DNA of 64,000 nucleotides from Saccostrea echinata (taxonomy: Eukaryota): positions 5,456,001-5,520,000 of the forward strand of contig NW_026889801.1 in NCBI RefSeq assembly GCF_033153115.1. The letters are read 5' to 3'. Of the stretch, positions 13,218 through 27,175 are shown one piece after another. The translations under genes and the position numbers were made by a program. Position 1 is the stretch's first letter; each line of letters starts with the position of its first letter. The notes beneath the pieces were generated by a model. The model saw only the letters and a program-made list of their open reading frames with translations. It searched no databases and was not told the origin of the DNA.

Positions 13218-14735
13218 ATGCAAATCTTGCAGTTTGTGTTTCATTATAGTCTTTCTATTGATTTGCTATGTCGGAATTAAGCTTATTGGTGAGTGACCAA
13301 TATCTATTTTATTTGTACCATAATATAATAAAAATTATACGATGAAATATGAAGATAACGAGCAGTATTCAAGCTCAACGTCCATTAAAACAATACAAAT
13401 TGGGAGAAGAGCAAACAGGGACCTCCAAAAACATCAGATGTGGGATTAGGTGCCATAGAGGAGTGAGCATTCTCTGCAGACCGGTCATACCCGCCATGTG
13501 CTCCTTGTCATGATCGGGAAATAACGGAAAAATCCGTCGACAACTTAGTGAATAAATAATAGCATAACAATTAGTATGAAAAACGTCAGTCAGCATATGA
13601 CTTAATGATAGATTGTATTTGCCGACAATGTCATTGTATCAACCATAGAACTTACGAAATGATGACTTTAAACGAGACTGGTGATATTCTTGTTTCATCA
13701 ACTTGTTTGTCAATAACTTACCTCGTTTTAGAAATTGTTCATACGAAGAGCATGTTCTTGCATATCGAATCAACTGAGAGACCCCATATGCAGGTGATAA
13801 GGGTGCGTACGTAAGGGAAGTTGACGATTGAAAAGTTACAGACATCACGCTTATCATAAAGCTTTGTTGTCAGATTACCATTAACGTCTTTTCTCTAGTA
13901 AAATATCCAAATATGTAACTGATATGCCAGCCTCTGGTATCGTTTATTTCAAGCTCACTGAGCTATATCGTGTCGACATATGAATGGAAATAACAATTGT
14001 TAATTCATAATACGTCGTCGATATATCTAAATGTCGAGTTGAAGACCACAGCAAGAGATTTCGTTTTCTCGTGTATAAGATTTTGAATTTGAATTTGAAA
14101 TTTTTATTTGAAGATTTTGAATTTTAAATGAACTATACTGTATAAAAATGCATTCCTTTTGGATTGTAAAAAAAAAACTTTCAGAGAAAAACATTTTTTT
14201 TTAAACTATTTCACATCAGAGAATAATTGTTGAAACAGGTATTAAGTTGAAAATATGCTGAGTTATAAATGTACTGTTCATATGTGCGAAGAAAATTTAA
14301 GAGAAATCATAAATGTAAGACTTCAAAATCGTAGTCTTCTTTTTTTACGGAATCGTACTTTGATTTTTCACTTGATTTATAGTATTTAAAAGAAAACTAA
14401 ATAATGCTGAATTCTTATTGTCCTTCTCCTGACCTCAATAATATAATTCCGGGTTTAATAAACCTTGAGTAAAGTAACATAAATGAAAACCGTTTGGGCA
14501 ATTCTAATATTAAGATTTTTTTCTGATACACAGTGAGATTAATATTTGAATCTTTTTGCAGAGTATTTTGAAGGCAAAATCTATGTTGCTTGTCTGAGTA
14601 ATTCCTCGAAGTCACATTCCACGAGTGAACCTGATGTCAATGTGAAGCCATCCCCCATTAATACAACTTTGAAAAATTTTCAAGATGATACTAGTATCCA
14701 GAATGACTATACAAGTTCAGATCTATTATCCACAT
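13218..14735 (+). pseudogene. Receptor-family copy B: broken partial duplicate of copy C (signal-like exon + stalk exon; no ectodomain, TM or tail exon)
   Basis: Signal-like exon ending ...VGIKLI-g|gtgagt at 13288, with ATG 13218 out of frame. Stalk exon 14562-14735 (EYFEGKIYVACLSNSSKSHSTSEPDVNVKPS...) is closely similar to 20811-20984, and intron 14150-14500 resembles 20440-20810. Confidence 0.7.
13341..14085 (-). mobile_element. Penelope-like retroelement fragment (RT C-terminal part + 3' end)
   Basis: Minus strand encodes AVVFNSTFRYIDDV and SPAYGVSQLIRYARTCSSYEQFLKRGKLLTNKL; the same 3' terminus occurs in other copies. Confidence 0.8.
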
Positions 14736-16099
14736 GTGCTTATATCTAAGAATACGTAAAGATATTTAAGAATCAAAATCAGTGAATACCAAGTATCCCG
14801 TGAAAATTGTGGAATGTGGCATAAAAATAAGTTAAAACTCATGTAAAATTCAAGGGTATGATATAAAAAAGAAACCAATTTTTTATCATTCCTAAGGAAA
14901 CCATGCATTTTTAGAGAACGTGTTTTGTACTTTAGCATAACACAAGAATTTATGATTAATTTAATACATTTTTATTACTTATTATTAAAATAATCTTTTC
15001 CCCCCTTTTTTTATTCATATAAATATACTCTATTTTAACAACTGTTAATCATTGATATTCTCTTTATCTTTTGAGAAATTTACAAGTATTTTAAGGTTAA
15101 TTTTGATCCAATAAACCGGCAAATCTGAAGCACTTCATTAACGAGGTTCACACTTAAGTTTTTGAGCAGGTTTTTTTCTTAACCTATATTTCAAAAATTC
15201 TGCATAATGTTTTAGTTCTTACAATAAATTTGGATTCTACAATACAAATTAAACTATATTCAGTTAAAACTCCATGATTAAATTCCACACCAAAAGCATG
15301 AAGTGAGGAACTATTTTTGTGGTGGAAGGTTTTTAGAAGAAAATGATAATATTTTTCCATGCAGCCTGTACACAGAGTTATTCTGTGCCATGAACTGTTT
15401 CATGCTGTTTCTATATTATATATTAAATAAACTATCTTGAATTCTATCATCATATTTGATAAATATAGCAAACATATTGTGAAAGTCCAGAAAATAATAG
15501 CCCTAATTTAAAGCTTAAAATTAGCACTATTTTAATAATATCTAAAAATTAACATCACAGACCCCCACTTTAAATTTTCTTTTCTGAATATATAAGATAC
15601 TTTTAACAATTTTTCCTAAATTCAGTAAAATGGCATTACTTTCAAATGATTTTATTGCTTGTTAAATTTTTAATGCCAGAAAAATGATATTTTTATAGGT
15701 GCAGAAAGGTCAAATAATTGATCATGCGAAATAATTTGAAATTTTTTTTGTTGTCACAAATTTTTTTATGTGTCTATTCAAGATGAGATAAGAATGTGTT
15801 TGTTCCCATAATTTATTTGAATAAAAATATTGGTGGAAAAACTTTGATAATTGATTTATGTGTAAGACGTATTTACAGTGCAAACAGGTCAAACAATGCT
15901 CTGCAGAACCAAAAGAAGCGCATTAACCCCGATTTTTTGTTTTGATTTTTAATCAAGCTGTGTGTGTAGATTCTTAAAATATACTTGATAAAAAAATTCT
16001 CATTACTTTTGATGACAGAAGAATCAAGAAAAAATCCATAGGCAACTTAAAGATATTAGTAAAAAAAGATTAATATCCATAATTTTCTGTACTTTTACT

Positions 16100-16255
16100 T
16101 AAGGAATGAATTTAATAACTTATCAAGTTATACTGTATAACCTAGGTTTTGGCAGTTAACGCTTTATAAACCCCAAAGCGGATTATGAAAAGCGTAAACT
16201 GTTCCGACCAAGGTTATACCAGTATGACTTGGGTAGGTATTAAATTCATTCCTTA
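16100..16255. repeat. Palindromic element (taaggaat...attcctta)
   Basis: Imperfect ~155-bp inverted repeat. Confidence 0.8.
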
Positions 16256-18339
16256 TAATTTAATTTTCCATCATTAAATTGTAGAAAATAAGACAATATC
16301 TCTTCAAAAATGCCTTCAAATTGTATGAATTTTATATGGAACGTCAAGTGTATTGATACGTTTTTGACGTACGTCATTGTTACGTTACAACACAGGTTAT
16401 ACGACATAAGCTATTTTTTATCCAATCAAATGACGCGTTACAACCAAAGTCAAATTATATCAAATAATATCTCTTTGGATTCTTTGACACAATAGGTAAA
16501 AATTGTATTTTGCTTACATTGTTTTCAATGATAATGCACAGAAAACAAGTAGACAGTTGCAAACTTTGAGCAGTCTGAGCCTCTACTCTGGCGTCTTTTT
16601 TTTTTTCTTATTACGGTAAGTGATTGAAAATTTTACCATTTTTTTTACAACTGAAGAATGTACTTGTTTAGCATAATCATGTAGTAAAATATGTAACACT
16701 TGGCAAGTGTTTTGTTTGGTTTTTCACATTTTAATAATACTTCTGATTGATTACGTATGTTAGTGTTTTGCATTTCATTAGTAAAACAAAAAGATTGAAG
16801 AGAGTTATTTTGAAATGTAAAATAGTTGGTCAGTCACCTCACTTTATCCCAAATTGTAGAGTTTAATTATAGTTGGTAAGGTTAATAAGAATATGTCATT
16901 CTATATATATTTTGATTTACCAATAAGAGCTATTACCTATATGTATTACATGAAAAAATATATATTTTATGAAAAACCAATACTCTTATGAAATATGTGT
17001 AGGACTTTTTTATATCATCTAAATAAATGAAAGGAGAAAGGGGGGGTTGCTCTTTGCACATAATATATTCTAGGAGAAGAGATTAGCTTTGAAGTGTAAG
17101 TATAATACTACATGTATAATGTAGTGGACTAGTGGCAACTGCATTGAACATATATATTGTATAATTATGTATACTGTATTGTATATATAACACATTAAAA
17201 TAAATAGTGGATTCTTAAGAATTCACTTGTTGCTGATGTCATCCAGTTTTTACTTTTTAATGAAAATTCATTTTTATCTAATATTTTTATTCTAGTTCCA
17301 CTGAACTAGGCCAAACTTTGTTCAAGCTTTAAGTAACATCTCTTCACAACTATATATGCATCCTAAAGTATCCTAAGCATTAAAGTGTGATGAAACAAGT
17401 AACTATTATCCCACTTTCTTGAATGACGTGATAATGGAAAGAAATGAAAACATAATTTAGTGTTTTGACAAACTTAAAATCTAGAACCAGTTGACCTTTT
17501 TATTGCAATTTTTTTAAATTTTAATTCATAGAATATCTAAAATCAGTATGTTTCAATTTTGTGTTGTGTACTTCTGCTTGTGAGGGAAATTAAGCTTTTT
17601 TCAGCCAAACTTAGAATGAAACAGAAACAGAATTGGATAAGAAAAGGAAAGCAACGATGTGCACATATAACTTATACATTTGGGATGTGCTGATATAGAT
17701 TAAGGTAGAAAAAAATATTTTAATATATATAGTACAAACTTAAACTTTTTTTATTAAACAATTAAACATTGAAATTTCTTGAAAATTGATATTAAAGAGG
17801 TTCGTTCCTGAGCTTTTGAGCAGATTTTTGTCTTGGCCTTTATTTAAAAAAAAATGCTGAATGTTTGATTTCTTATAATAAATTTGGATTCTACAATGCA
17901 AATTAAACTATATTCAATTAAAACCTATTAAACAAGTACATGTAATTATTATATTTCTTTTTATAGCATGTTATTAAATATATTTTGAGGACAAAGTTCA
18001 AGTTTTTATTATTTTGTGATAATCGATTTATACGTTTTACAAATAAAAAAAAAAATACATAAACTAATGCATGGAACAGAATAGGACATCTTTGTAAACA
18101 TTAAATTTTAAAATAACATAAATTAATTTATGAAATCAGCTTCCTTAAGGTTACTCAAGTATACAAATCGTTTTTTTTTTATCCAGAACATCAGCAGTTT
18201 CTCCATCTAAAAATGAATTACAGATAGATAAACAGGAAACAGTGAAACCAGATGAGAATCACTTGTTTTTTTAAATTCAAGCAAAAGAATTTTTTTATTA
18301 ATTTAGTATAACTAGATGGTATGAGAATAGACTGTTCCC

Positions 18340-18432
18340 AGGGGGTCCGTGCTTAAGCCTTGTTCACAGATTTGTATTGTTTATGGGATTTTACAGATCG
18401 ATCACTGTTCGTAATCTTCACTTATTTCATTG
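18340..18432 (+). mobile_element. 3' terminal fragment of the Penelope-like element, ~85 bp upstream of the copy C start codon
   Basis: atttgtattgtttatgggatttt...cactgttcgtaatcttcacttatttcat matches the termini of the other copies. Confidence 0.55.
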
Positions 18433-18515
18433 ACATTTAGAAAAGAACTTACACGAAAAAAGGATTACGTTTACGTATATTAAGTAATCTGTTTCTTTTT
18501 TTATGTTGGAACACA

Positions 18516-21500
18516 ATGGTTCACGCCATGTATTTAATCATACTTGTTTTATCGTTATGTAACTTTGGAAACACGCTTACTGGTAAGTGGTCATTAACAT
18601 TTCTTCACCTCAAAGGATACATCTTGTAACTATAACTGTTACAGCATTGATGCTAATTTTATATAACCCCTTGCTTGCAGATACATGTAGGAATGTTTCT
18701 TTTGCTTGCCAACGTAATGCTGGGTATCCTTATCCTATTGCTACCTTTGATGTTTAAAATAGGGTAAATGCTACATGAAGTTGCATTATTCTGTGGGAAA
18801 GTAATTTTTGCGGGGTGCAAACTTTGGCATATTTTTGCGTTTTTGAAGTAGCCCGTTCGAATTTTAATCGCTAAATCTGCACCCTTGCGTACAAGTTCTG
18901 AATGCAAGAAAAAAAATTTAATCAGTCTGTTGTTAAACAACATATGATTCATCTGGTATTTACTCAATATCTTGTTTAAATTGGTATTCAATAATTAAAT
19001 AAGGATGAATTTCCTCTTTTTTACAACATCTAATGACTTAGTGTTCGCCAAAATAAGTCCCGCCAAAATAATTGGCATACCTTTAAACAAGCAAAACGCC
19101 AAAATTTACACCAGCTAAAGAAACCCGCTGTACGGTATTTCAAATTAAAGGTTTGTAGTTTAAAGCAATAATTTTTTTTAAGACTATATATTTATATGTA
19201 TTTATATATATATACTCTAAATTATTGAACCAGTTTTATTTTTCCGTTGTCTGAATTAAATTTTTCACTAAAAATGCAGATTGATTTCCAGATGATAGTA
19301 TTAGATTAATTACATGTAATTAATCTAATTTCAGGCAATGAGTGAAGAATTGTGAAAATGACAAAGGCTTTAAAATTACTACTAACAACATAATTTTTTT
19401 ATAGGCTAATTTTTTTTTTTTTTTTAAATTTTTATTGCTAAATCAACCCAATTATAGCAGGTAATGGAATTTGTATGTTATGCACCATTAATCTCTTAAT
19501 GAATGGGGAATACCATAATTGTTATGTCCAACAAATGTTCAAGTGTAAAGATATTTATAAATTATTTTCATTATCAAGTATTTAATTCTCATAATAAATA
19601 AGGCATCAAAGGATTTTATGAATATAAATTATTAATAAGTTTTAAATCCTTACTCATGGTCACGGTAACATAGTTTTTTTTTCAAAAATAAATATCAACA
19701 TAGGATCGACCTATGTCTTTTTAAACCGTTTTGCATAACAATTTGCTCGAAATTTATGATTAACTGTTACTTATCCTCTCCTGACTCAATTTCATGGATA
19801 GTAATGCAGGAAATATAAGATAGAATATAGTCTAACATGTAAGATGAATAATCTATAAAGTAAAAAATAAACATCGAATGTTTATTTTTTATAAAAAAAA
19901 AAAATATGCAGGATTGTTTTAACTACAGATTATTTTCAGATCTCATATCTGTTTATGTTACAGATTGTAATAGCCAATCCGAGAATGGAAGCTTTGCCGT
20001 TGTAAATTATAAGGATGTCAATTTACAATGCAAATGTATCATAAAGACTCATTTTAATGGAATTTTAAAACTAACCTCTGGACCTCCTGATGTATGCAAT
20101 GTATGCTTTCCAGAAGTCAACTTATTTGATGTGAAAAATGGCAAAAAAGTGTTAAAACTGCCGTGTGCAATAAACAGATCTTCCGAAGAACTTCATGTTT
20201 CGATAAACAATATATTTGTTATGATACCTACAAATTTCAACTCTACGTCTAAAAGGGTTTGTCCCCAAGTAAGGATTTTTGAAGGTTCGTGAAATGTCAT
20301 CTTATGATTTGGACAATATTCCAATATTATAAATAAAATGTCTGTTTTGCAAAGTACTTCATGGTATTCAAGCATCTAAATCAAAACCAATATTGATAAG
20401 AGTACCTTCCTCATGTACTTAACTGTATATAGAAGGAGGTCTTTTAGATTGTAAAAAAAACTTTAAAACTTTTGTTTAATTATTTAACATCAGCGAATGG
20501 TTGTTAAAACAGGCATTAAAATGAAAATTAGCTGAGTTTTGTATGCCCTGTTTATATGCACGACCAAAATTTAAGAGAAATCATAAATAACACTTGAAAA
20601 TCGCAGTCTTCTCATTTATTTTACGGAATTTTTACTCTGATTTATCACTTGATTTACAGTACTTACATATGTAAAAGTAAATTAAATCATCCTGAATTCT
20701 TATTGTCCTTCTCCTGACCTCAATTATGTAATTGCTGCGTTTCAGGGTTCATAAAACGTTAAGTTCTATGAATGAAAAGCGCTACCACAATTCTAATATT
20801 TCTATTCCAGAGTATTTTAAAGGCAATATTTCTGTTGCTTGTATGAAAATCTCCTCGAGGTCAATGTCCACAAGCGAACCTGATGTCAATGTTAAACCAT
20901 CCTCAATTAAAACAACTTTGAAAACTGTTAGAGATGATACTAGTATCCAGAATGATTATACAAGTTCAGATCCGCTGTCCACAGGTGCGTATATCTAAAT
21001 ATACGTTAAGAAGAGTCCTAGGCTACTTATCTTACAAAATAAGTGTGTGCAAATGTAATTGTCATATTCAACCAAATTATAAGGACTGTTTAAATGCACA
21101 ATATTTTATTTTTCTTATTATGTCAAAAAATAATTTATATTTAATCGTTTCTTCTAAAGGATAACACAACAATCTTATGTAATTTGGTATATTTTCTCAA
21201 AAGAAATAGTTTGGAAAGCAACGTTTACGTTGTTAAAGGGAAGTTTTCCTCCAGGTCCATTTTAATAACAATTGCAGGCGATGTCCATATTAAGCTATAT
21301 TCCAAAGATATGACCAGAAATGCTGTTACAGATCATACAAATATACAAAATGATCCCATAAAAACAGAACCAAGTGCTAAAATTTCCTCCGGTACCTCTC
21401 CCTCGAAAGCTGTTGAAAATGATACCACTGACCTCAATGACTACCAAAGTCAGGATGCATTTTCTACATGTGCGTATATGACATATTACGATTAATAATT

Positions 21501-21969
21501 TATCTTGACATAACCAGGTTAATTTTTCTCACAATGTAATTCAGGTAAGGGTAATTGTTAATGTTATGATTAATTTTTTATTAAATAATTCACAAATGAT
21601 CGCTACAAGTAGATATGAACTTGAAAAGGTATTGAATGTCGCTTTAAAATAGGATTAAAACTGCAGCTTTAAATTATTAAATTGAGAGCTTATAAATCTT
21701 ACATTTCATTTTTTTCTTTTAACTTTTGTCTTTCAATACTGCATATTGAAATTTCTTTCAAAAATATTATTTATACAAAATACACTTTACCTCTTATTGA
21801 TTATAAAATTCTAAAAAGAAAAAAAATAGAAATATATTATGAGCATTCATTTTGTATCATGTTATAGTTTATTTTCTTTTATTTTATAGACATTTTATAT
21901 GGAATCTCTGGAGCTGCTGCTTTAATAATCTTAGGCATAATTTTTGTAGTTATTTGGTGTTTCAGGTAT

Positions 21970-22013
<44 letters not shown>

Positions 22014-25000
22014 TAGATCAGTGAATATAACATTGAATATAAAGAAAAGGTTAAATATCAACAATTTTTGAGTGGTGAATGAATTGCTGAATCAATTGTT
22101 CATATAGTATGAATACAAGGTTGGTATTTTGTGTAGACATGTTGTTCGGACGAGATTGTTTAAACCAATGTCCCTATCGCAGTAGATGCTGTCACGATAA
22201 CACTACTCAAAGGCCGTAAGTGCCGAGTACGTACAGGTCTAAATTTGCAGCCCTCTAATGGCACGTGGTGGCGTCTCAATATGAGTGAATAATCCTCGAA
22301 GAGACTTTAAACAACAAACAAGCAAAGAAACAGTTATGAAGTTCTAAGTCAGTTAAATTCATAAGATATTCCAGATAGAGTCTTCCAGTTTAACTCAACC
22401 ATGTATTTGATATTCATCAAGGAAAAGTCCCCGGTTCTTCTGATTCTTTTTTTACTTGTGGCTACACAACTGTCTTAAATACTGGAAATATGTTAGAAAA
22501 TGTCAAACAATTTTTTAAAGGGGGATATTACACAACATAAAAGTCATTATTAGTCAATATTTCCATTTCTATTTGTTTTCTCTGTTATAACTCTTTGAAA
22601 GTTAGGAGAGTTGATTTCTTGATCATTCTAACGGAATGCAAATTTTGCCAAGCGAAAGGTCAGTAGTTAAGAAGGCATAATATGCATGTAATTCTCGTGC
22701 GGCTGTCTTTGTGTCTGACTCTAAGGAGGCCAATTATGCATGTAATTCTCGTGCGGCTGTCTTTGTGGTTGAGGTCAGTGGGCGGGGACTATTGAAATTG
22801 ACATGTGAGGCCCCGTGTAATTTAAATCTATTAGTCTACATTTTTAAAATCTAAATTTACAATTTTATTTTAAAATGAAATGGAAATATAAGGAATCACT
22901 GTCTAGTTAGTAGAGTATGCCAGGGACATCAACGATAGTTGGAAACGTGGGATAATTATGCATAACGGGCATCGCCCGTTATGCAAATTATCCCACGTTT
23001 CCAACTATCGGTGATGCCCTGGCATACTCTACTAACTAGACAGTGATTCCTTAATAAATTTTGGTTTTGGTTGATTATGTTATATTTTTTATGTGAAGAC
23101 TTGGAATATGCATACTGAAATTAATTTTTAATATCACTTTGTTTTCATCTTGATCCCACTTCTTTATGAGTATATTTCACTAGCATAAAAACTATAACGA
23201 CCCCGCTGGAAATTCCTTTCAAGTGCTATCCTTGGTATGCGAACACATATTATGCACCTAGTATTAATGTTTTTCTAAAACCAATTCCAATAAACTTTGA
23301 TTATCATCATTTTTTAAAGGTGGGGGGTGCCAAATATCATACTCTTTAATCAAAGTCCAGAATTTATTAGAAATGTTAAATAGAAATGTATACCAAGTAC
23401 CGGTAATTATCTATATACGAGGGTTGTCCCAGAAAAATGCTAACATTTGCAATATTTTTTGATTCACTGTTATTATAAAGTTAAATATGGTATTCACGCT
23501 AAACAACATTTTGTACATAATTCACAGAAATTTCAAAAAAAAATATCTCTATAAATAATATTTTTATCTTTGAACAACAAATCATTCAAAATAGCTGTCG
23601 GCGCAACACCGACGACATCAAAACGTAGCTCGTGGAGTTTTTGAATTTGTGTTGGAAACGTGCATCTTTAAAATGTTGATTTTCTTTTAGTTATCGAGCT
23701 ATCCATTTCACACATGCTACAGTTAAGAGTAAATCAATGAATTAATTCTTTTAAAAGACAATTTCCCAATCATAAACTAACTGCTCACATAGTGAACGGC
23801 GGTCTCCACGTATGACGCCAAGCTCAAGACTTTTCAGTTGTCATTTTTGTAGGTCTACTAAACGCTTCTTCTATCGGATAACTAGTCCATCATGCATCTT
23901 TGAACCTCATTTTTGTTGGTCTACTAAACGCTGCTTCTATCGGATAACTAGTCCATCATGCATCTTTGAACCTCTTTTACAAAGTATAAACAGTCGCCCG
24001 CGTGGGGCAGTGGTTAGAGCGTACGCTCTAGAGTCGCGGAGTAAGGAGTTGATCCTTACGTCGCGGATTCGAATCCCACTTTGGGACGTGGAGACCAGTC
24101 CTTCGGATGAGACCGTATAAACCGAGGTCCCGTGTCGCAGTAGGTGCTGGCACGAAAAAGATCCCTCACTGCTCAATAGCCTTGGGTGCCGAGCATAGGT
24201 CAAAATTTGCAGCTCTCCACCGGCAAGTGGTGGCGTCTCCATATGAGTGAAAAATTATCGTTAAACAATAAACAAACAAGCAAACAAAAACAATGTATAA
24301 ACCGGTGTTCGATACATGTATTTTGTGTCGTTCCTTGGTTCCAAGCTCTTTTCCCGTATGAACAGGGGTCATACAACGCTCCACGCAGTACTAAGTGATA
24401 ATTTGGTGCGCCGCATTATCGTTTGACGACGCCGTTTGTGCATATAACATCGTATTTTCTCTTAAATAAGGTTAGAGTATTGATTTTTTTTACACAAGAG
24501 TACCCTTGATAATACAGTTCCTATGGATGTAATTTTGGTCACATTATATTAACGTATACCTTGAAAATAAAGAAAACATCGCTGTCAGTGCAATTGTTGA
24601 AGGTCAAGAAATAGCCATGCGCCGAACACCGATATCTAACACTTTTTAAATGTTGTTTCTGATTGCATTTGAAATTACAACCTTATATAATTTTGCCAAA
24701 ATGACGAAAATATCATTTCCCAACATTGTGCCAAAAATGAATAATTTTCGTCAGGTAGTTTATGAAATATTTAAAAATTTCGCTTTTTTTCTGGGAAAAC
24801 CCTCGTATCTATTAATATAATGACAAATATCTTATCAATCCCTTTGTGTGTTATTTTATGAGTAGTCAGGAAATCAATAAAATATAACGTAGCTTTCCTT
24901 AAAAGGAATTCAAGACTTTGAATTAAGATATTTTATGTACATTATAATTTCTTTCTTATCTGTTCAGAGGCAGACAATCAGTATCAAACAACAATTCTGG

Positions 25001-25106
25001 TCGGCGGAAGAATGGCGCTTTTGATGGCGGACTTCCGGACAATCCTCTGTATCATTCCTACGAGCCACTGGAACATTCTGAGAGAAAGATATCAGGAGAG
25101 CAATAA
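18516..25106 (+). CDS. Receptor-family copy C: ~330-aa type I membrane protein with duplicated stalk exon and NPxY tail
   Basis: Exons: 18516-18582 (MVHAMYLIILVLSLCNFGNTLT signal), 19940-20284 (Cys domain), 20811-20984 and 21278-21469 (stalk), 21890-21965 (YILYGISGAAALIILGIIFVVIWCFR), 24968-25106 (…LPDNPLYHSYEPL…GEQ*). Total 993 nt, in frame, all AG/GT. Confidence 0.82.
21971..22008 (+). repeat. (CT)n microsatellite immediately after the TM exon donor of copy C
   Basis: Direct reading. Confidence 0.95.
22145..22325 (+). mobile_element. 5'-truncated decayed SINE (same family as 2197-2497)
   Basis: ggccgtaagtgccgag...aaatttgcagc...atatgagtgaa...aaacaacaaac. Confidence 0.75.
22889..23053. repeat. 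Near-perfect 165-bp palindrome in an intron of copy C
   Basis: taaggaatcactgtctagttagtagagtatgccaggg...gggc-atc-gccc...ccctggcatactctactaactagacagtgattcctta. Confidence 0.95.
23418..24805. mobile_element. Non-autonomous mariner-type element in a copy C intron, carrying a SINE
   Basis: ta|cgagggttgtcccagaaaaa ... tttttctgggaaaaccctcg|ta; related copy at 46818. Confidence 0.85.
23993..24289 (+). mobile_element. tRNA-derived SINE inserted in the mariner element
   Basis: Near-identical to 2197-2497; flanking caa(a/t)gtataaac duplication; the empty site is visible in the paralogous element near 47370. Confidence 0.9.
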
Positions 25107-25467
25107 AAAGATACCCAGTGTTCTACAGAAAAATATAATGAAGCTAGAGAGGCTGAAAACAATTCAATCTATGATAAAGCAAACAAAATTCAAGCGTAGG
25201 AGGCAAACACAAGTACTGACTTCATTTTTTGCAACACAGATCAGTTTCCTACTCTGACTTAATTTTCATATGTTAAACTCGTGTCTACGGGGATTGGAAA
25301 TCTTAATTATGGTTCTTCTATATAGTCGTATGAAGACAGAATTTCCAAAAAAGTGGCAATCCTGGCGGCGGAGAAAAGCATAATGAACAACTAATATCTT
25401 CATCCCATTGATGACTTTAGCATTCTGTTATATGCGTCAATGCATCGTCTCTCACACTTGAATAAGT

Positions 25468-25503
<36 letters not shown>

Positions 25504-27175
25504 GGTTTCAATATGTTGTTTTGAAAGTAGCTAGGGTTTGGACTTTATTTTGCCCTAAAATATCGATGTTTGTAAAGTTTTGAAATTTGCCTTAATATGA
25601 GTTGAATATATGAATGAGATAAATCATAAAGAATCATTGCATAAAGATGACCGTACTGAAAATAGGAAATCTGTAATCTGTTACATTTTAAGTTTTAAAC
25701 AGTCATATCTTCAAAATGACCCATTTCAGGGTTTATTATCCTCAAGAAAATAGTGTCTACATCCACCGTCGCCCACTTCAATATTCGGTATGTTGTGTAA
25801 AAATTCATGAAAAGTCACATATGTGATATATTTTGTCTGAAAATATATTTCACTGAAAATTGATGTCTTCTACAACTTGTTCAGAAATTACAGAAACATG
25901 CACAAGTTCAGGACGTCACAATTACATGTAGCATTTCGTCGGTCATACATTGTTGAGATAAACGATTCGTATCATCTTTCTGCACGGAAGTTGAAAATTC
26001 AGAAAGCAAAGGTTTTTATTTTTCACAACTATTTTATATTTTAGAAAATTGAAACCCTACCTTCTTCTTATCCTGTCTAATATTAAAACTGATACAAACT
26101 TTAGACTGCCAAATTTCATGTGGAACTATAAATAGTTTGCTACCAAACGACATTTTTCCGGGCACATTCATCATGCTTGTGAAATATTTCTGATAAGTTT
26201 TAGTCAATTGATAAAATGTTATGTTTGAGTTTCTAAAGGCAAGTAAGGTCTACAGTATGTGCTACATGCTTTCTTTTATGGAAAAAAACAACGTTGGCAA
26301 TTTAGCTTAAATCGACCAATTTCTAAATGTGAACTGATAATATAGGGAAATTCCTACAGAAAGCAGAAGCACTTAGAGATTCACATCTGTAAACTAAGGA
26401 TTTTTTTTTAAATATTTGGCTGGAAATATTGTACACAAGTAATGTTAAAAGTTAAAAAGTTAAAACAAGTGTATGTAAATATTTCATGTATGTACATTTT
26501 GTTTTTTATAATTATGAGTATGTAATCTGATAAGCCATACATGGCTTAAGGAATAAACAAACAAACAAACTAACTAACTAATATAACTAAGTCACTAGAC
26601 ATGCGCTGAAGATTTGACTAATACACAGTGATCAACACCTACAGATCTATCACGTTTTCTTTTACCTTAAATGATTGATACTTGGAAAAACATCATTTTT
26701 TTTATTTCATGAGATTTTTAATTGTTTTATTCCTTAAAAATATCAATATAATTCTTAGAAAGAAAGTTTGGTACAAAGAAATATTGGACTGTGTGCTTCA
26801 GAAGGAATATATGCCTCTATATAGCTACAAGCTACTGTAAAATTATTCTTAAATATTTGAAAATTCCATCCAAGCAAAATTAAAATTGTGACATAAGATT
26901 GCTTCAGTTTATTATCTATGAAAATGAGCACTAGTATAAAATATAAACCCTTAACAATGCTAAGAGCGTCAACGTACATTTTCAAAGAAAGATAAAGAAA
27001 AGTTTTAGAAAATGCTATATTTCCAAACTGATTCAAAGGATTTTGAATGTTGAAGTCACTAACAAAGATTCTTCTAAATTGATATTATTTGTTCATGAAA
27101 TTAAGCAAGAGAGCATGTATTACATACTGGATCGTGATTATATGTACAAATTTATTTGTACTTTTATAATTATTT

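Noticed and set aside
25012-25257. 81-aa ORF in the track
   Set aside because: Wrong frame relative to the spliced tail exon of copy C, which carries the conserved LPDNPLYHSY motif.
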